Origin: Octopus bimaculoides | Taxonomy: Eukaryota | NCBI RefSeq assembly: GCF_001194135.2 | Contig: NC_068985.1 | Location: 12,966,863 to 12,999,517 of the forward strand | Reading direction: 5' to 3' | DNA length: 32,655 nucleotides | In this document: one piece after another, positions 1-11,523 of the stretch | Layout of the letters: each line of letters opens with the position of its first letter | How positions within the stretch are numbered: position 1 is the stretch's first letter | Notes under the pieces: model-generated | Told to the model about the DNA's origin: nothing | The model's input: only the letters and a program-made list of their open reading frames with translations | Database searches by the model: none | Translations under genes and position numbers: made by a program

Positions 1-78
1 AAGAAGAAGAAGAAGAAGAAGAAGAAGAAGAAGAAGAAGAAGAAGAAGAAGAAGAAGAAGAAGAAGAAGAAGAAGAAG
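1..78. repeat. (AAG)n microsatellite, runs off window start
   Basis: Direct sequence. Confidence 0.98.
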
Positions 79-334
79 CGGTCCTGCTGTTGCATAGTTT
101 TAGGCACCAAGGAAATTACTTTCGAAACACAGATGGGGAGGGCACGTGATCGTTTGCAAGAAGAAGAAGAAGAAATTTGAAATTACATGTTACATAAGTA
201 ACCCAAGTTTTAAGCCGTCGCACGAAATAACGAAAAACGTAGTAGAAACTCATAAGTTTAATGAAAAGTACTAGTAAAAAAAAAATTCCTGGTGCTTATA
301 TCTAATTACTGAGAAATTTTATGGGACTTCTTAC

Positions 335-379
335 CATGTACGACAAAATTTAATGGCAGCCTTACATCACTTCGTTTTT
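335..379 (-). CDS. Candidate internal exon 4 of an unidentified minus-strand gene ((E)KRSDVRLPLNFVVH), phase 1-1
   Basis: Acceptor ttccgcAG, donor G|GTAAGA; open in the phase set by exon 456-501; 76-bp intron. Confidence 0.5.
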
Positions 380-455
380 CTGCGGAACTTTAATGAAATA
401 CCGGCTGGAATAGATTCCTACTTTTGGGTACCTACGCTGTAGGCATTTCACTTAC

Positions 456-501
456 CAGATTTTGCGGCTAATATGGATCCTTTATATGACCGTACAATAT
501 G
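456..501 (-). CDS. Candidate internal exon 3 (HIVRSYKGSILAAKS), phase 0-1
   Basis: Pyrimidine-rich acceptor tttttctattgtctgccatttctAG, consensus donor TG|GTAAGT; only one of three frames is open. Confidence 0.55.
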
Positions 502-647
502 CTAGAAATGGCAGACAATAGAAAAATGGTGTATTAAATAATGTAATCGTAGATATATTTGACCGAGTTGAAGTTGAAAATAATTATGATTACAGCTGAA
601 ACGAAACAAGGCAACACCTTTTGTATAATATATACATTATTGCTTAC

Positions 648-688
648 TAAGATCATTTCACCACATATAAATCCACTTGAATTAAACT
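648..688 (-). CDS. Candidate internal exon 2 ((E)FNSSGFICGEMIL), phase 1-0
   Basis: Acceptor aattctacAG, donor TTA|GTAAGC; phase matches both neighbouring candidates; 146-bp intron to the next exon. Confidence 0.52.
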
Positions 689-720
689 CTGTAGAATTAT
701 GGCATGGTAGTAAAATATAT

Positions 721-1270
721 TTAAGAAGTACAGGCAAAGAGCGCAAACTTCCACCAAGACAACACCTCAACGATTAGCCAAAGATGACTTTAAAATGAGA
801 ATATCTGAAATAAACCCGGCTGCTCTCACAAACAAGAATACTAAACGAGAATCCTCTCAACGATTAACCAGAGAGGATTTTTAAAATGAGAATATCTGAA
901 ATAAACCCGGCTGCTCTCACAAACAAGAATACTAAACGAGAATTCTCTCAACGATTAGCCAGAGAGGATTTTTAAAATGAGAATATCTGAAATAAACTCG
1001 GCTGCTCTCACAAATGAGAATACTAGAAATGAACCCGACTGCTCTGAAAAATTAAGTTAAAAAAAAGAAAAAAAATATCCAATCATTGACCGGTGCCGGA
1101 TCGATCTCAAAATCTAATAATTTCGTGCCAGTTACGAGGCCAAACACCACTGAAAGTTTCATGTGAATTCATTCAGCACTTCTTGAGATATTTTGACCAC
1201 AGACAAACAAACGAACAAGCAAACACGACTGAAAACAATACCTCCGCCTTCGCTAAGACGGAGGTAAAAA
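721..1270 (-). mobile_element. Helentron-associated non-autonomous element (HINE; DINE-1/pearl-like)
   Basis: Terminal stem-loop ACCTCCG-C-CTT-cgct-AAG-A-CGGAGGT (1240-1265), adjacent ACAA-type microsatellite, subterminal copy acttccaccaag near 747-758 preceded by agagcgcaa, and internal tandem core repeats. This architecture is established for HINEs. Confidence 0.72.
766..1025. repeat. ~91-bp tandem repeat, about 3 copies, inside the HINE
   Basis: taaaatgagaatatctgaaataaac recurs at 791, 882 and 973. Confidence 0.92.
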
Positions 1271-1371
1271 TATACCGTGATTAACCGACAAACGCGTAAA
1301 CATTACTTACATTCATCTCAGAATTTTAACTCGGTACGTTTCTTTTATCATTTATAATAATGATTCCTTAC

Positions 1372-1558
1372 ATAAACGCAAGGTCAGCAATCTCGGGAAA
1401 AATTGAGTAGTTGATAACATCGAGCAAAATACTTAATAAGAACTTAATTTTATAGACCTCAGACGTATGAAAATAAAGTTAACAGCGGTGGATTTGAGCT
1501 CGGAAGGGATGAATGCTACAAGCATTTTTCCAAAGTTTGATCGATTCTGCCAACTCAT
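1372..1558 (-). mobile_element. Degenerate tRNA-derived SINE, family A
   Basis: Reverse-complement similarity to the better-preserved copies at 18938 and 24661. Confidence 0.6.
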
Positions 1559-1732
1559 CTACATTTTCATTATTAATAATGTGATAATTCACTTTTCGTA
1601 ATTGCATGAAGGTTACAGCGTTTAACATACAACCTTTCGAGTTAAATGAACGGCAGTTCAGTAGTCATATCCTGTTATATTCTAAATGCTTAAACGAAAA
1701 TGCTCTCTGTGACTAAAGAGTATGAATGGCAA

Positions 1733-2110
1733 TCACTGCCGATCGAGTCGCGTGTGCTGTCCTACTGCTGTTGAGCTGAATTGTACTTTACTGCGAATTC
1801 GTCTTTCTTCTGCTACCTTCTTTAGCCTCTTCAGTATATGTGATTTGATAGGATCCAAGCCTGAGCAGTATGGTGGAGAGAACAGATTATTGTCCATTCC
1901 ACGTGTCTCCTCTTTCCGCACCGAGGAATCAAGACGAATAGCATGGTCTTGCAATTCTGTACAAGCAGCCTCGCAGAAATTGCAGAATGTGGTGGTAGAC
2001 AACGTCAAACTGCCTCGAGGACCATGATACACAATTTTTTTCTGGGTTTATCCCTGAAACCTTTTCCATGGTTGTGTATAGCCAGAAGACAGTAAAGGAG
2101 TGGAATCAAT
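1733..2110 (-). pseudogene. Highly degraded mariner (DD34D-type) transposase, C-terminal part
   Basis: LQDHA resembles LHDNA; PPYCSGLDPIKSHILKRLKKVAEERRI aligns without gaps to PPYSPDLAPSDFHLFGPLKEALRGRRF; upstream FTVFW resembles MxTVFW. Confidence 0.55.
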
Positions 2111-3342
2111 ATTTTCCATCCTCTCAGTATGTTGTGGGCCCCAAACCTAGTTAACGAGCTCGGTCTGCCATAACGGGGACTCACAGAGATGCTAACATTC
2201 TGATCTTTACCTCACACCTAGGTAAAAAAAAAAAAGTGTTTCACATAATTTCTAAGCACACAGTTTAATTTCACACAAGCATGAGGCTTGGTTTAGCATA
2301 CTACTTTCTCTCTATAAATATTTGACAAAAGATTAGAAATCAAGATTTGTGTGTTTTAAAATTAGCTTTGTAAATTAGAACAGATTAATAAGTAATGGCT
2401 GAATACAAGATAGAGTTGTACATCCACGTGATATCTACTTACAACTCGGTGGAATTATGAATTAAGTATATTAGCTATGGCTTAGCATAATGTACGAGCC
2501 GTTGTTTCTCCAGCTAAGAGGGTTGTGCACACTAATCTGTAAAGTCTCGAGAAATATGCTAATGAAGCTGTAAAAACTTCTATATTTGGGCATAAGAGAT
2601 ACTTAACGTTTCAGGCCAGAACCATTCATTAGAGAGAGATTAGTTATTAATTGTTTACTGGGGTGTTGCGTACTGTGAGTGGCAAACTATTTGTTTATAT
2701 ATAACTGAAGAATGCAGGAGTTGGGAAGGGAAGTGAAAATTGTTTGTTTGACAAGAGGTGGAGAAAATTCATAAGGATTGCAGATAGTATTCACAAATGA
2801 GAACCTCTACGTGTCCGGTAGACCTCCTAGAATTAACAGCTAAATATTTTTCAATTTTATCCCCACCACCACTGCTACCGCTGCCCTCTAGCTAAATTGA
2901 GAAGGATTAAATGAATAGCATAATCTCATATATATCTTAAAACTTCCGGGTTAATTCTATATAAACCATCAGATACTGAATGTTGACCAAGGCGCAAACA
3001 AAAACGATAACATCACAAGACAGTTAGATTTACAGTCGCATAAGCACACGCCAGTAAAATCGTAATCAAGTGAATCGGAAATCTTATTTGTGACTTCTGA
3101 ACACGTCAAACCTAACACAATTATTTCAGTCGACATCTAGATTATTCCGCTACCTAATGTCAAATCGTTTTGCTTCATAACTCTTTACATAACAAACACA
3201 TACAGAAGCGTTTAGACCTCATGGATGTTTTCATACATAGAAAATGTCGCATATTGATTACCACCTGAAACACTGTCTGACATACAAATAACTGGTTTGA
3301 TACGAGACAAACCTGTGTAATAATGAATGAAAGATGTTTTAC

Positions 3343-3438
3343 CTTCTATATACGGAATGGTATTATAATTGACGGATAGTTTATTGCCACATTGTGATAT
3401 ATCTAGTCCAATACAGCCTGTTTGAATGTGTTTAGCGT
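3343..3438 (-). CDS. Candidate exon 1 of the minus-strand chain (xAKHIQTGCIGLDISQCGNKLSVNYNTIPYIE), phase 1-1; an alternative donor 30 nt further (ACAG|GTTTGT) has the same phase
   Basis: Acceptor tatatgttgcAG, donor AAG|GTAAAA; lies in the 94-aa ORF 3212-3496; the other two frames are closed. Confidence 0.42.
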
Positions 3439-4022
3439 CTGCAACATATAATAATTGTGATTTCTTTTGCCACAAGGGTAATGGATAATGAGACATTACA
3501 AGGAGGTTTTATTAAAATAGGGACGAGATATAACGATTATAAATCGATTAAGTGGGGTGTACTATTTTCATTATTGATTATAAGTGGAATATAAAAAATG
3601 TGAGCAGAATCGATTATGAAAAAAAAGCACGAAAGACAAGAATACAAAAGGAAAGAAAGGAGATGTCCCACAATAGGAGAAACTGCATAAGTTCAGGCTG
3701 ACATTACTTGCTATTTCGACATGACGTTGAGTAAATTTACTGGTCCTTTGTATCAACTTTCAAATACTTCTTCAAATACGACGGAATGATCATCGGCAGT
3801 ATGCCTTTGATCGCAGATCGGCTTGATTTAAAATAATATGGGATGGACCTTATCATGAAGAAGATCAACAACATTAGTGAAAATAAATATATTATATCCG
3901 TTATTATGTCGGTAGTACGGGAAACCCTAATCTCACAGCGAAATTTGGCCACGAATTATAAAGTACGCCCTCAAATTCACTGCTTGTGTTCATTTATCTT
4001 TGCCTCGATGTAAGAGGGTGGT

Positions 4023-4077
<55 letters not shown>

Positions 4078-4080
4078 TAT
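4023..4080. repeat. (CA)n(TA)n microsatellite
   Basis: Direct sequence. Confidence 0.95.
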
Positions 4081-5087
4081 TGAATCGTTCTATGATTATA
4101 TATTGTTTTCTGCCTGATCCATAAGTGTTCTTGTATTTAGATTACTTAGTGATTTAAATGTTTAAGACATGGTTAAGCACTTAACGTTACCAACACAGAT
4201 TTTATTCTGCTGACGGCTAAATTTACGCGCTACTTAGTATTATGAACATTTATCATTGTTCTCTTCGTAAAGTTATTTATTTCTAGAGCAATTGAAAATA
4301 TTTATCATCGCCAATAAAGTATTTTAATAGGTATCATTGTTTTAATCTATTATGCATCAAATACTTTACATGTGCATTTTTCTGTCAGTGCATCTATTGA
4401 AAAAATTTTAAGAAAAAGGAAATTAAAAATCTACAATTTAATTCTTATAAACCATAAATTAAAAACACATGCTATAAATATTTTTAGAAGTGAAATTAAT
4501 TTAAAGTTTTAAGCAGTGTGGGATTAATTAGTAATCCAGATAGAACTCTAAACCTGCTGCAATATTACAGCATGTATTTGAAGGTTAATTTAAACAACTA
4601 CGAAAACAACAACCATCATCAACTATAATTGTATTCTTTACTAAATACTAAATATAATGGACGTTGGCGTTTGTGTTTTTCCTAACGTATAATCTCTCTA
4701 ATGCTATTTTCATTCATTGTTATTTTCATATATGATTTTTTCTTAACTGAATATATTTCTGTCTGGCAAATTTAATTATATTAAGCAATAGCTCTAAAGT
4801 TATATTGTTATATTATTATCCGTACATCGGATTCAGCTGGTATAAGTGCACTCTGAAATGCTTAACAAGTTTCTTAAACATCATTTTTACACACATTTTC
4901 ATCGTCCAAATTTTTTAGTATTTTAAGATTAAAAATTAAGTAATCGATACGTGCGTTTCTTCTTTTCGTTTCTATTTAATTCAACTATTTTCAACGGAAA
5001 TTAGTGTCGTACTTACGAAAATTGTAACACTTCAAACTCGGAGAAAGCATGTATCTGACACTTTGTAAATTATATTTATTTTAATTT

Positions 5088-5275
5088 GGTTTCAAATTTT
5101 GGCACAATGCCAGAAATTTGGAGTTAGGGGGCAAGACGATTACATCAACCCCACTGCTCAACTGGTCAAGTACTCAACTTTATCGACCTCGAAACGTTGG
5201 ACAAACATGGACTTCGCACAAACTTGTACTCACAAGGTCGAGAAGGCTAAAGAACTTCTCCCAGTTTGCTGCTTT
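5088..5275 (-). mobile_element. tRNA-derived SINE, family A
   Basis: Reverse complement of the family A core and tail (ggcacaatgccag...gattacatcaacccc...tttatcgacctcgaa). Confidence 0.75.
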
Positions 5276-5567
5276 ATTCGTTAGTTTAATAATACAAATT
5301 GTACTTTTTTTTATATCATGCATATTTGTTTATGCTCAATACATATTTATGAATATACTAGCAGAAATACCCGGCGTTGCCCGGGTTAAAGAGAATAATG
5401 AAATCTAAAAACGCCGTCTAGACTACGCATCATCTTTATATATAGAGATGTATATACACACACGCACCCAAACGCACGTATATATATGTATATCAATATA
5501 AATATATGAAAGTCAATGAAGTTTCGTAAAAGAAGGTGATCATGTACATACTTTCTTGCAGTTGTGA

Positions 5568-5719
5568 TTATAACACCTCATTGTAAACTATGTTCCTTGT
5601 TTTCCCTTGTGGAGCATATACAAATAGGTTTTTTGTTGCTGCCCATTCTTGAGCAGCCAACATACAGTTGTCCATGTGAGAAGCAGGGCTCTTCCAAGAG
5701 AAGACCAGCTACAGACAGT
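5568..5719 (-). pseudogene. Helitron RepHel PIF1-like helicase C-terminus with one frameshift
   Basis: LSVAGLLLEEPCFSHGQLYVGCSRMG, then a frameshift in an A-run, then NLFVYAPQGKTRNIVYNEVL*. FSHGQLYVxxSR is PIF1/Helitron helicase motif VI. Confidence 0.9.
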
Positions 5720-6473
5720 NNNNNNNNNNNNNNNNNNNNNNNNNNNNNNNNNNNNNNNNNNNNNNNNNNNNNNNNNNNNNNNNNNNNNNNNNNNNNNNNN
5801 NNNNNNNNNNNNNNNNNNNNNNNNNNNNNNNNNNNNNNNNNNNNNNNNNNNNNNNNNNNNNNNNNNNNNNNNNNNNNNNNNNNNNNNNNNNNNNNNNNNN
5901 NNNNNNNNNNNNNNNNNNNNNNNNNNNNNNNNNNNNNNNNNNNNNNNNNNNNNNNNNNNNNNNNNNNNNNNNNNNNNNNNNNNNNNNNNNNNNNNNNNNN
6001 NNNNNNNNNNNNNNNNNNNNNNNNNNNNNNNNNNNNNNNNNNNNNNNNNNNNNNNNNNNNNNNNNNNNNNNNNNNNNNNNNNNNNNNNNNNNNNNNNNNN
6101 NNNNNNNNNNNNNNNNNNNNNNNNNNNNNNNNNNNNNNNNNNNNNNNNNNNNNNNNNNNNNNNNNNNNNNNNNNNNNNNNNNNNNNNNNNNNNNNNNNNN
6201 NNNNNNNNNNNNNNNNNNNNNNNNNNNNNNNNNNNNNNNNNNNNNNNNNNNNNNNNNNNNNNNNNNNNNNNNNNNNNNNNNNNNNNNNNNNNNNNNNNNN
6301 NNNNNNNNNNNNNNNNNNNNNNNNNNNNNNNNNNNNNNNNNNNNNNNNNNNNNNNNNNNNNNNNNNNNNNNNNNNNNNNNNNNNNNNNNNNNNNNNNNNN
6401 NNNNNNNNNNNNNNNNNNNNNNNNNNNNNNNNNNNNNNNNNNNNNNNNNNNNNNNNNNNNNNNNNNNNNNNNN
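5720..6473. other. Assembly gap (other gaps: 15608-15617, 17531-17837, 23528-23632, 26893-27385)
   Basis: N runs, most of them flanked by microsatellites. Confidence 1.
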
Positions 6474-7098
6474 TCTGTCTCTCTCTTTCTCTCTTTCTCT
6501 CTCTGTGAAAGTATCTGTCACTACAGTATCGAAATGTGATTGTTTCAGTTAGTGGAATAGTTTCATTTTTAAAGTGAAAGTATTTGACATGAGTGCTTTT
6601 GTTTCACTTTTGACACGTAATACTTAAATAGTGGAGGAGATATTATGTTGCCGTGTGCTCGAACTCTGCAAGAAGTTAATAATTTTTTTTGACTAAAACA
6701 CAACTGGAACCCTAAGTAAGGCATGTTTAAAATTTGAATGAAATTGGTTGCGTAGTTCTCGAGTTTTAGGGATTCACACACACAGACAGACATACAGACA
6801 GACACACATTCTCATTTTTATATATATAGATGATACATATTTAATATCTGATAAATATTTTCCTACCTAGTTAACACTTTCAGATAGAACATCAGTTTAA
6901 TTTCGTACGATAGCTTCATACATTCGCATATAACTAATGTATATAAATAATGAATCTGTATTTTGATGAAAAAAAAAGAACAGAGTCTTCCATGATGAAT
7001 GCACTGCAAATGTTTCATCCCGGCACGAAATATTTAAGTATTGAGCGTCGTTCCATCTTACTGTACATACTACTAACACACGTCATGTTTATTACAAG

Positions 7099-7202
7099 CA
7101 GTATGGTCTGCATCAATGAATGTTATGATAGTTGGCTATATACTGCAGCAAGACGCCGAAAGAAGACGCCATTTTGCTCGTGCTGATGACATATATCGAT
7201 AA
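7099..7202 (+). CDS. Candidate terminal coding exon (xVWSASMNVMIVGYILQQDAERRRHFARADDIYR*)
   Basis: Perfect TACTAAC branch point at 7071-7077, tandem AG acceptors at 7097-98 and 7100-01, one open frame with a hydrophobic-then-charged profile. No upstream exons found. Confidence 0.35.
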
Positions 7203-8175
7203 AATTTACTGCAATTTTTACACGGTTAATGGCCCTTTCAAAAGGTATAAACGAAAACAAACTGAATCACTCCTCTCTGTTAATATGATGTTTAGTGTAC
7301 GTGACAGAAATCGATACTACACGCATTACACGTTTTTAAAAATAAATGACTAAATTGTTCGGAAATTATCGTTACAAGTCAGAACAATAAACCGTGTTCA
7401 ATAGGATTTATATAACATTTTTATTTACGCCATTTTATTTATGGTGTTGCTATAAATGTTACAGCAGCCTTTACAATCATTAGTATTATTATAAATCTAC
7501 ATACGAATACGCACACTTCAGAACACTCACACACACACACGCACGCACACACACGCACATATATAGGGGGTATGCGAGTGAGTGCCTCGATATATTCCTT
7601 GATAATGTATAGAAGCGGCCAAAATACAATATTATACTTTTTAATCAAATGTTTTTTTATTGTTCTCTGGAGAGAAAACAAGAAACAGTAAAGCGTTTTA
7701 AACATCTAATCAATAACAATCCTCAAACGTCGGGTACAATGAATTAAATGTATTCTTTTGCTACATTATTAAAGGTTGAATTTATAATGCATTCTTTAAA
7801 GTCTCTTGATTTCCGAAAAACATGTGAAGTGCTGCGTGAGGAAAGTATTTCATGTAAACACAATAATGTACGCTGTATATGTTCTGCGAATAACCTCTAT
7901 TACCTATTTAGATTTCTTTGAACACCTTTGGAAGTAATATCATTTAGTGACCACGTATGAGGTACAATGACACAACAAAGTTACAAGTGCAGACATAAGA
8001 ATATGTGAACTTAGAAAAATAGTCCGGGACCGAGGTGGTCTGTTTCAAAAGAAATGTCCTCATTGAAGCACACAGTAATTCCCATTCACTACAGAGAATC
8101 TAACGTTTGCTCAAAGTATTTTGGAATAAGGATCTGCCGGTTTAATATAAAGCAAATTACGCTGAGATCAGTCAA

Positions 8176-8600
8176 CTAGTGGACATTGGTTGGCGCTGTC
8201 TTGGAGTGACGTGCCAACTTAGATGCATATGAATTTAGGGGATAAACCGGACGGACGATGTGGAAAAGATCCCAGAGCATATCGTCGTGGTCAATAAAAT
8301 AGAGTTGCCTTTTACATTTGAGAGCAAAAGGCCAAGATGCCGCTTGTGTGGTACCGAAATTCTCTATATGCTTGTTGATCCTCAACAAATAATAGGGCAA
8401 AGAATGCTTACATTGATGCCAACACCGCACCCCAACAACAGCAGCGTAAATCAGAAACAAATAGCTGCAGCAAAGAGAACAAAGGCAGCAGCACAAACTA
8501 GTATAGTAACAGCAGCAGCAAGACAACAGTACTACTAACAGCATCGAAAAGAACAGAAACAACAACGACATAATCAATGACAAAACCCAAACCAACCAGC
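8176..8600 (+). pseudogene. L1/Tx1-like LINE ORF1 relic, zinc-knuckle region
   Basis: WTLVGAVLE...VEKIPEHIVVVNKIELPFTFESKRPRCRLCG (CxxC of a degenerate CCHC) followed by a low-complexity T/A/Q tail, typical of LINE ORF1 C-termini. Confidence 0.5.
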
Positions 8601-9109
8601 CAGGGAAAGTTTCAACTTAAATTCCATTCTCTACTCTCCCCTTCTTCTCGTCTTTCAAACACTAATACACATGAACACTAAGAAAAGCACACCTTCAACT
8701 TCACTTGCATCGAATCTTTCAGATGTGAAAAGCTCGTCTTGTGCGGAGGAGGGAAAATCGTAAATATATGAGTAAATTTTATCTTTATTTATTTATTATT
8801 TTTTTCAAGAAAGGCTATACTTGTAAAGAGTCACAGAATAAACACAGCATCAGTAACACGAAAATCACACTAGACACAGACACGCCAAAGCAACACTCTG
8901 CCACCGAACTGCTACTACCAACAACGAAAAGAAAACATGCACAAGAGCAGAGAGAGAGAGAGAGACATGTAAATACAGCATCGACATCAAGGGAACATGA
9001 AATTTAAAAAATTATATCATTCGTCACGCAAAGAGAAATTTTTCACAGATAACTTTTCAGCATCTGCACTTAAGTGCAAACTGCAGATATGAAAATAACC
9101 ATTTCTACT

Positions 9110-9297
9110 ACACGCCCCATGCCTGAGAGTTTGAGGGAGTGGGGCTAGTCGATTATATATTTCCAGTGCTCAAATGTTACTAATTTTATCGTTCGCGGGA
9201 GGTTAACATGCAAAATAGACCTCTGCGAAATTTCAACTCAGAATGCGAATACGGACGAAATGACTTTGAGTATTTTGTCCGGCGAGTAAACGATAAG
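9110..9297 (-). mobile_element. Degenerate SINE, family A
   Basis: Reverse-complement similarity (gacctctgcgaaatttcaactcagaa...acggacgaaatg). Confidence 0.68.
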
Positions 9298-9374
9298 GCT
9301 GGACTTGGACACATAAAAATATGAGAAAATGTTTCAAATGATGTAAGAAGGCCTAGCGCAAGGGCCAGTAAACT

Positions 9375-9920
9375 CATCAATATACACTGGAAGCTATGCT
9401 AACACTATCGAATAACAACTGAGAAAATATGGTATTGGCACACGCTAGAAAAGGTCACAGAAAATTAGAAAGCAGCCATACTCTTGGATATGCCAATACA
9501 CAGAGAAATTAAGGCCAATAGGCCGGATATAGTTGTCAGAGATCACCAAGAAAAAAATGCTTTCTAATTGATGTCTCAATACCAACAGATGACAATGTTT
9601 CTCTAAAAGAAAGGGGATATTTTCAAAAGACAAAGATCTGGAAATAGAGATAACTCGAATGTGGAGTCTAAAAACAGAAACGATTCCTATCATATTAGGC
9701 ACATTAGGTATGATAAAAAACAGTCAGACAAATACATAAAAGAAACACTAAGAATTACAAGCATATATAGCATACAGAAAATAGCACCACTAGGCACTGC
9801 ATACATCCTAGGTAAAACCGGGAAAATAAGAGCATCACATCAAACCGCAGGACATTCCCAGTGCATACATAGCTGCATTCAGTAGTGCATATAAAGGACG
9901 TAACAAAAATAAAGTACTGA
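9375..9920 (+). mobile_element. Dong/R4-clade non-LTR retrotransposon, 3' fragment (copy 1)
   Basis: IHWKLC...IKANRPDIVVRDHQ...IDVSIP...KDLEIEITRMWSLKTETIPII (restriction-like endonuclease, PD..D..K); 3' UTR ends gtactga then (TAA)n. Confidence 0.9.
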
Positions 9921-9929
9921 ATAATAATC

Positions 9930-9991
<62 letters not shown>
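9921..9991. repeat. (TAA)n array, tail/target of the Dong/R4 elements
   Basis: Direct sequence. Confidence 0.97.
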
Positions 9992-9992
<1 letters not shown>

Positions 9993-11510
9993 GAAAAATT
10001 TGCCAAAGCAGCATTGAAGAAAGGAAAACTAGTTAAGAGTAACAACATCACACTAGATAAAGCAAATGATATTAAGAGAATTAGGCCAAAGCCAGACATA
10101 CGAATACTTAGGAATCAATGAACTAGATACGATAGAAAATACACAAATGAAAGAGAAAATCAAAACAAAGAATACTATAAACAATTTATATTAATACTGA
10201 AAACAAAGTTCAATGGAAAAAGTATGATAATATGTATCAGTACTCTACGCGTCCCAGTTTTAAGTTACAGCTACAATATCCTTAACTAGACACTAAATGA
10301 ATTAATCAAAATTGAGAGGAAAACAAGAAAAGTAATGATAGGATTCAGGATGCACCACCCAAAATCTGACGTAGAAAGGTTATATATACAATGTATAGAA
10401 GGTGGTAGAGGCCTCATACGGCTAGAAAACTATTACAAAATAACCACCATAGTACTACAAAAATACCTACTTCAGAAACAAGGAGAACTAATAAATATAA
10501 CCACGAAAAACGAACAAAACAAGAAACTGTTTTCAGTCTTTAAGGAAGCTGACAAATACAAAAAAAATAATAAGTCATAGTACCTAACAGCTATGAAGAA
10601 AAAGAAGAAGCAACAAAAGCTGTAAAACAATTGATATCCAAACTAAAACTGGAACAGCAACGGACCATGATAAAATGATAGTAATAAAAGCCCCTTCATG
10701 GCAAATATTGGGTTAAACTAAATGCAAAAGAAATAGACAAAAGCAAAATCCCAACTATGGCTGAGAAGCTCAGAACTCAAGGCAGACACTGAAGGATTTT
10801 TAGTTGCATCAAAAATCCAAAGTCTCCCCACCAGCAATTACCAAAAACATATAATGAAAAGAAACATATGTGGTGACGGACAAGAAACAATAAACCATAT
10901 TGTTTCTTGCTGCCCAGTCCTGGCTAAGAAGGAATATATTCAGAGACATGACAGAGTTGGGACCTATATACGCTTGAAGCTATGCCAGCACTATGGAATA
11001 ACAACAGAACAAATATGGTATAGGCACACACCAGAAAAGGTCGCAGAAAATGAGAAAGCAACCATACTATGGGATATGCCAATATACACAGATAGAAAAA
11101 TTAAGGCCAATAGGCCAGATATAGTTGGCAGAGATCATCAAGGGGAAAAAAGCATTCTAATGGGTGTATCAATACCAACAGATGACAAAGTTTCGCTAAA
11201 ATAAAGGGAGATACTTTCAAAATACAAAGATCTAGAAATAGAGGTAATTCGAATGTGGAGTCTAAAAACAGAAACAATTCCTATCATGGTAGGCGCATTA
11301 GATATGACAAATACATAACAAAAGCACCGCGACTAACAAATATGTATAACTTACATAAAATAGCACTATTAGTCACCGCACACATCCTACGTATAACACC
11401 TTTAATACAGTAACAATAAAAGCATCACAACAAACCACGGCATATGCGCAAAGCACACGAGGCTGCGTTCGGTAAAGCAGTGAAAGCACGTGATAAAAAT
11501 ATGACTACTG
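9992..11510 (+). mobile_element. Dong/R4-clade LINE, 5'-truncated copy 2 (RT thumb, zinc finger, RLE, 3' UTR; multiple stops and frameshifts)
   Basis: YEYLGINE; MHHPKSDVERLYIQCIEGGRGLI; CGDGQETINHIVSCCPVLAKKEYIQRHDRV; RPDIV. ORF-track pieces 10335-10580 and 10854-11204. Confidence 0.93.
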
Positions 11511-11523
11511 AATAGTAATAATA

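Larger units (their letters stand above)
5358..6830 (-). mobile_element. Helitron (internally deleted or composite; spans a 754-N gap)
   Basis: 5' A|TCTATATATATAAAAATG at 6830; 3' 18-nt GC hairpin ACCCGG-gcaacg-CCGGGT (5369-5386) ending 11 nt before the terminal CTAG|T at 5358; RepHel C-terminus lies inside. Continuity across the gap is assumed. Confidence 0.75.

Noticed and set aside
596-706. Plus-strand 111-nt open exon candidate
   Set aside because: It overlaps the better-supported minus-strand exon 648-688 and has a weaker donor and no partner exons.
766-1025. Regularly spaced repeats as a CRISPR array
   Set aside because: Whole 91-bp units repeat with no unique spacers, there are no cas genes, and the context is eukaryotic.
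3737-3952. Hydrophobic 71-aa minus-strand ORF as part of the minus-strand gene
   Set aside because: No convincing splice pair gives the phase needed to join exon 3343-3438, and it ends in a stop.
5564-6539. Long ORFs of 270-314 aa (also 17273-18018 and 26550-27503)
   Set aside because: They are open only because they run through N gaps.
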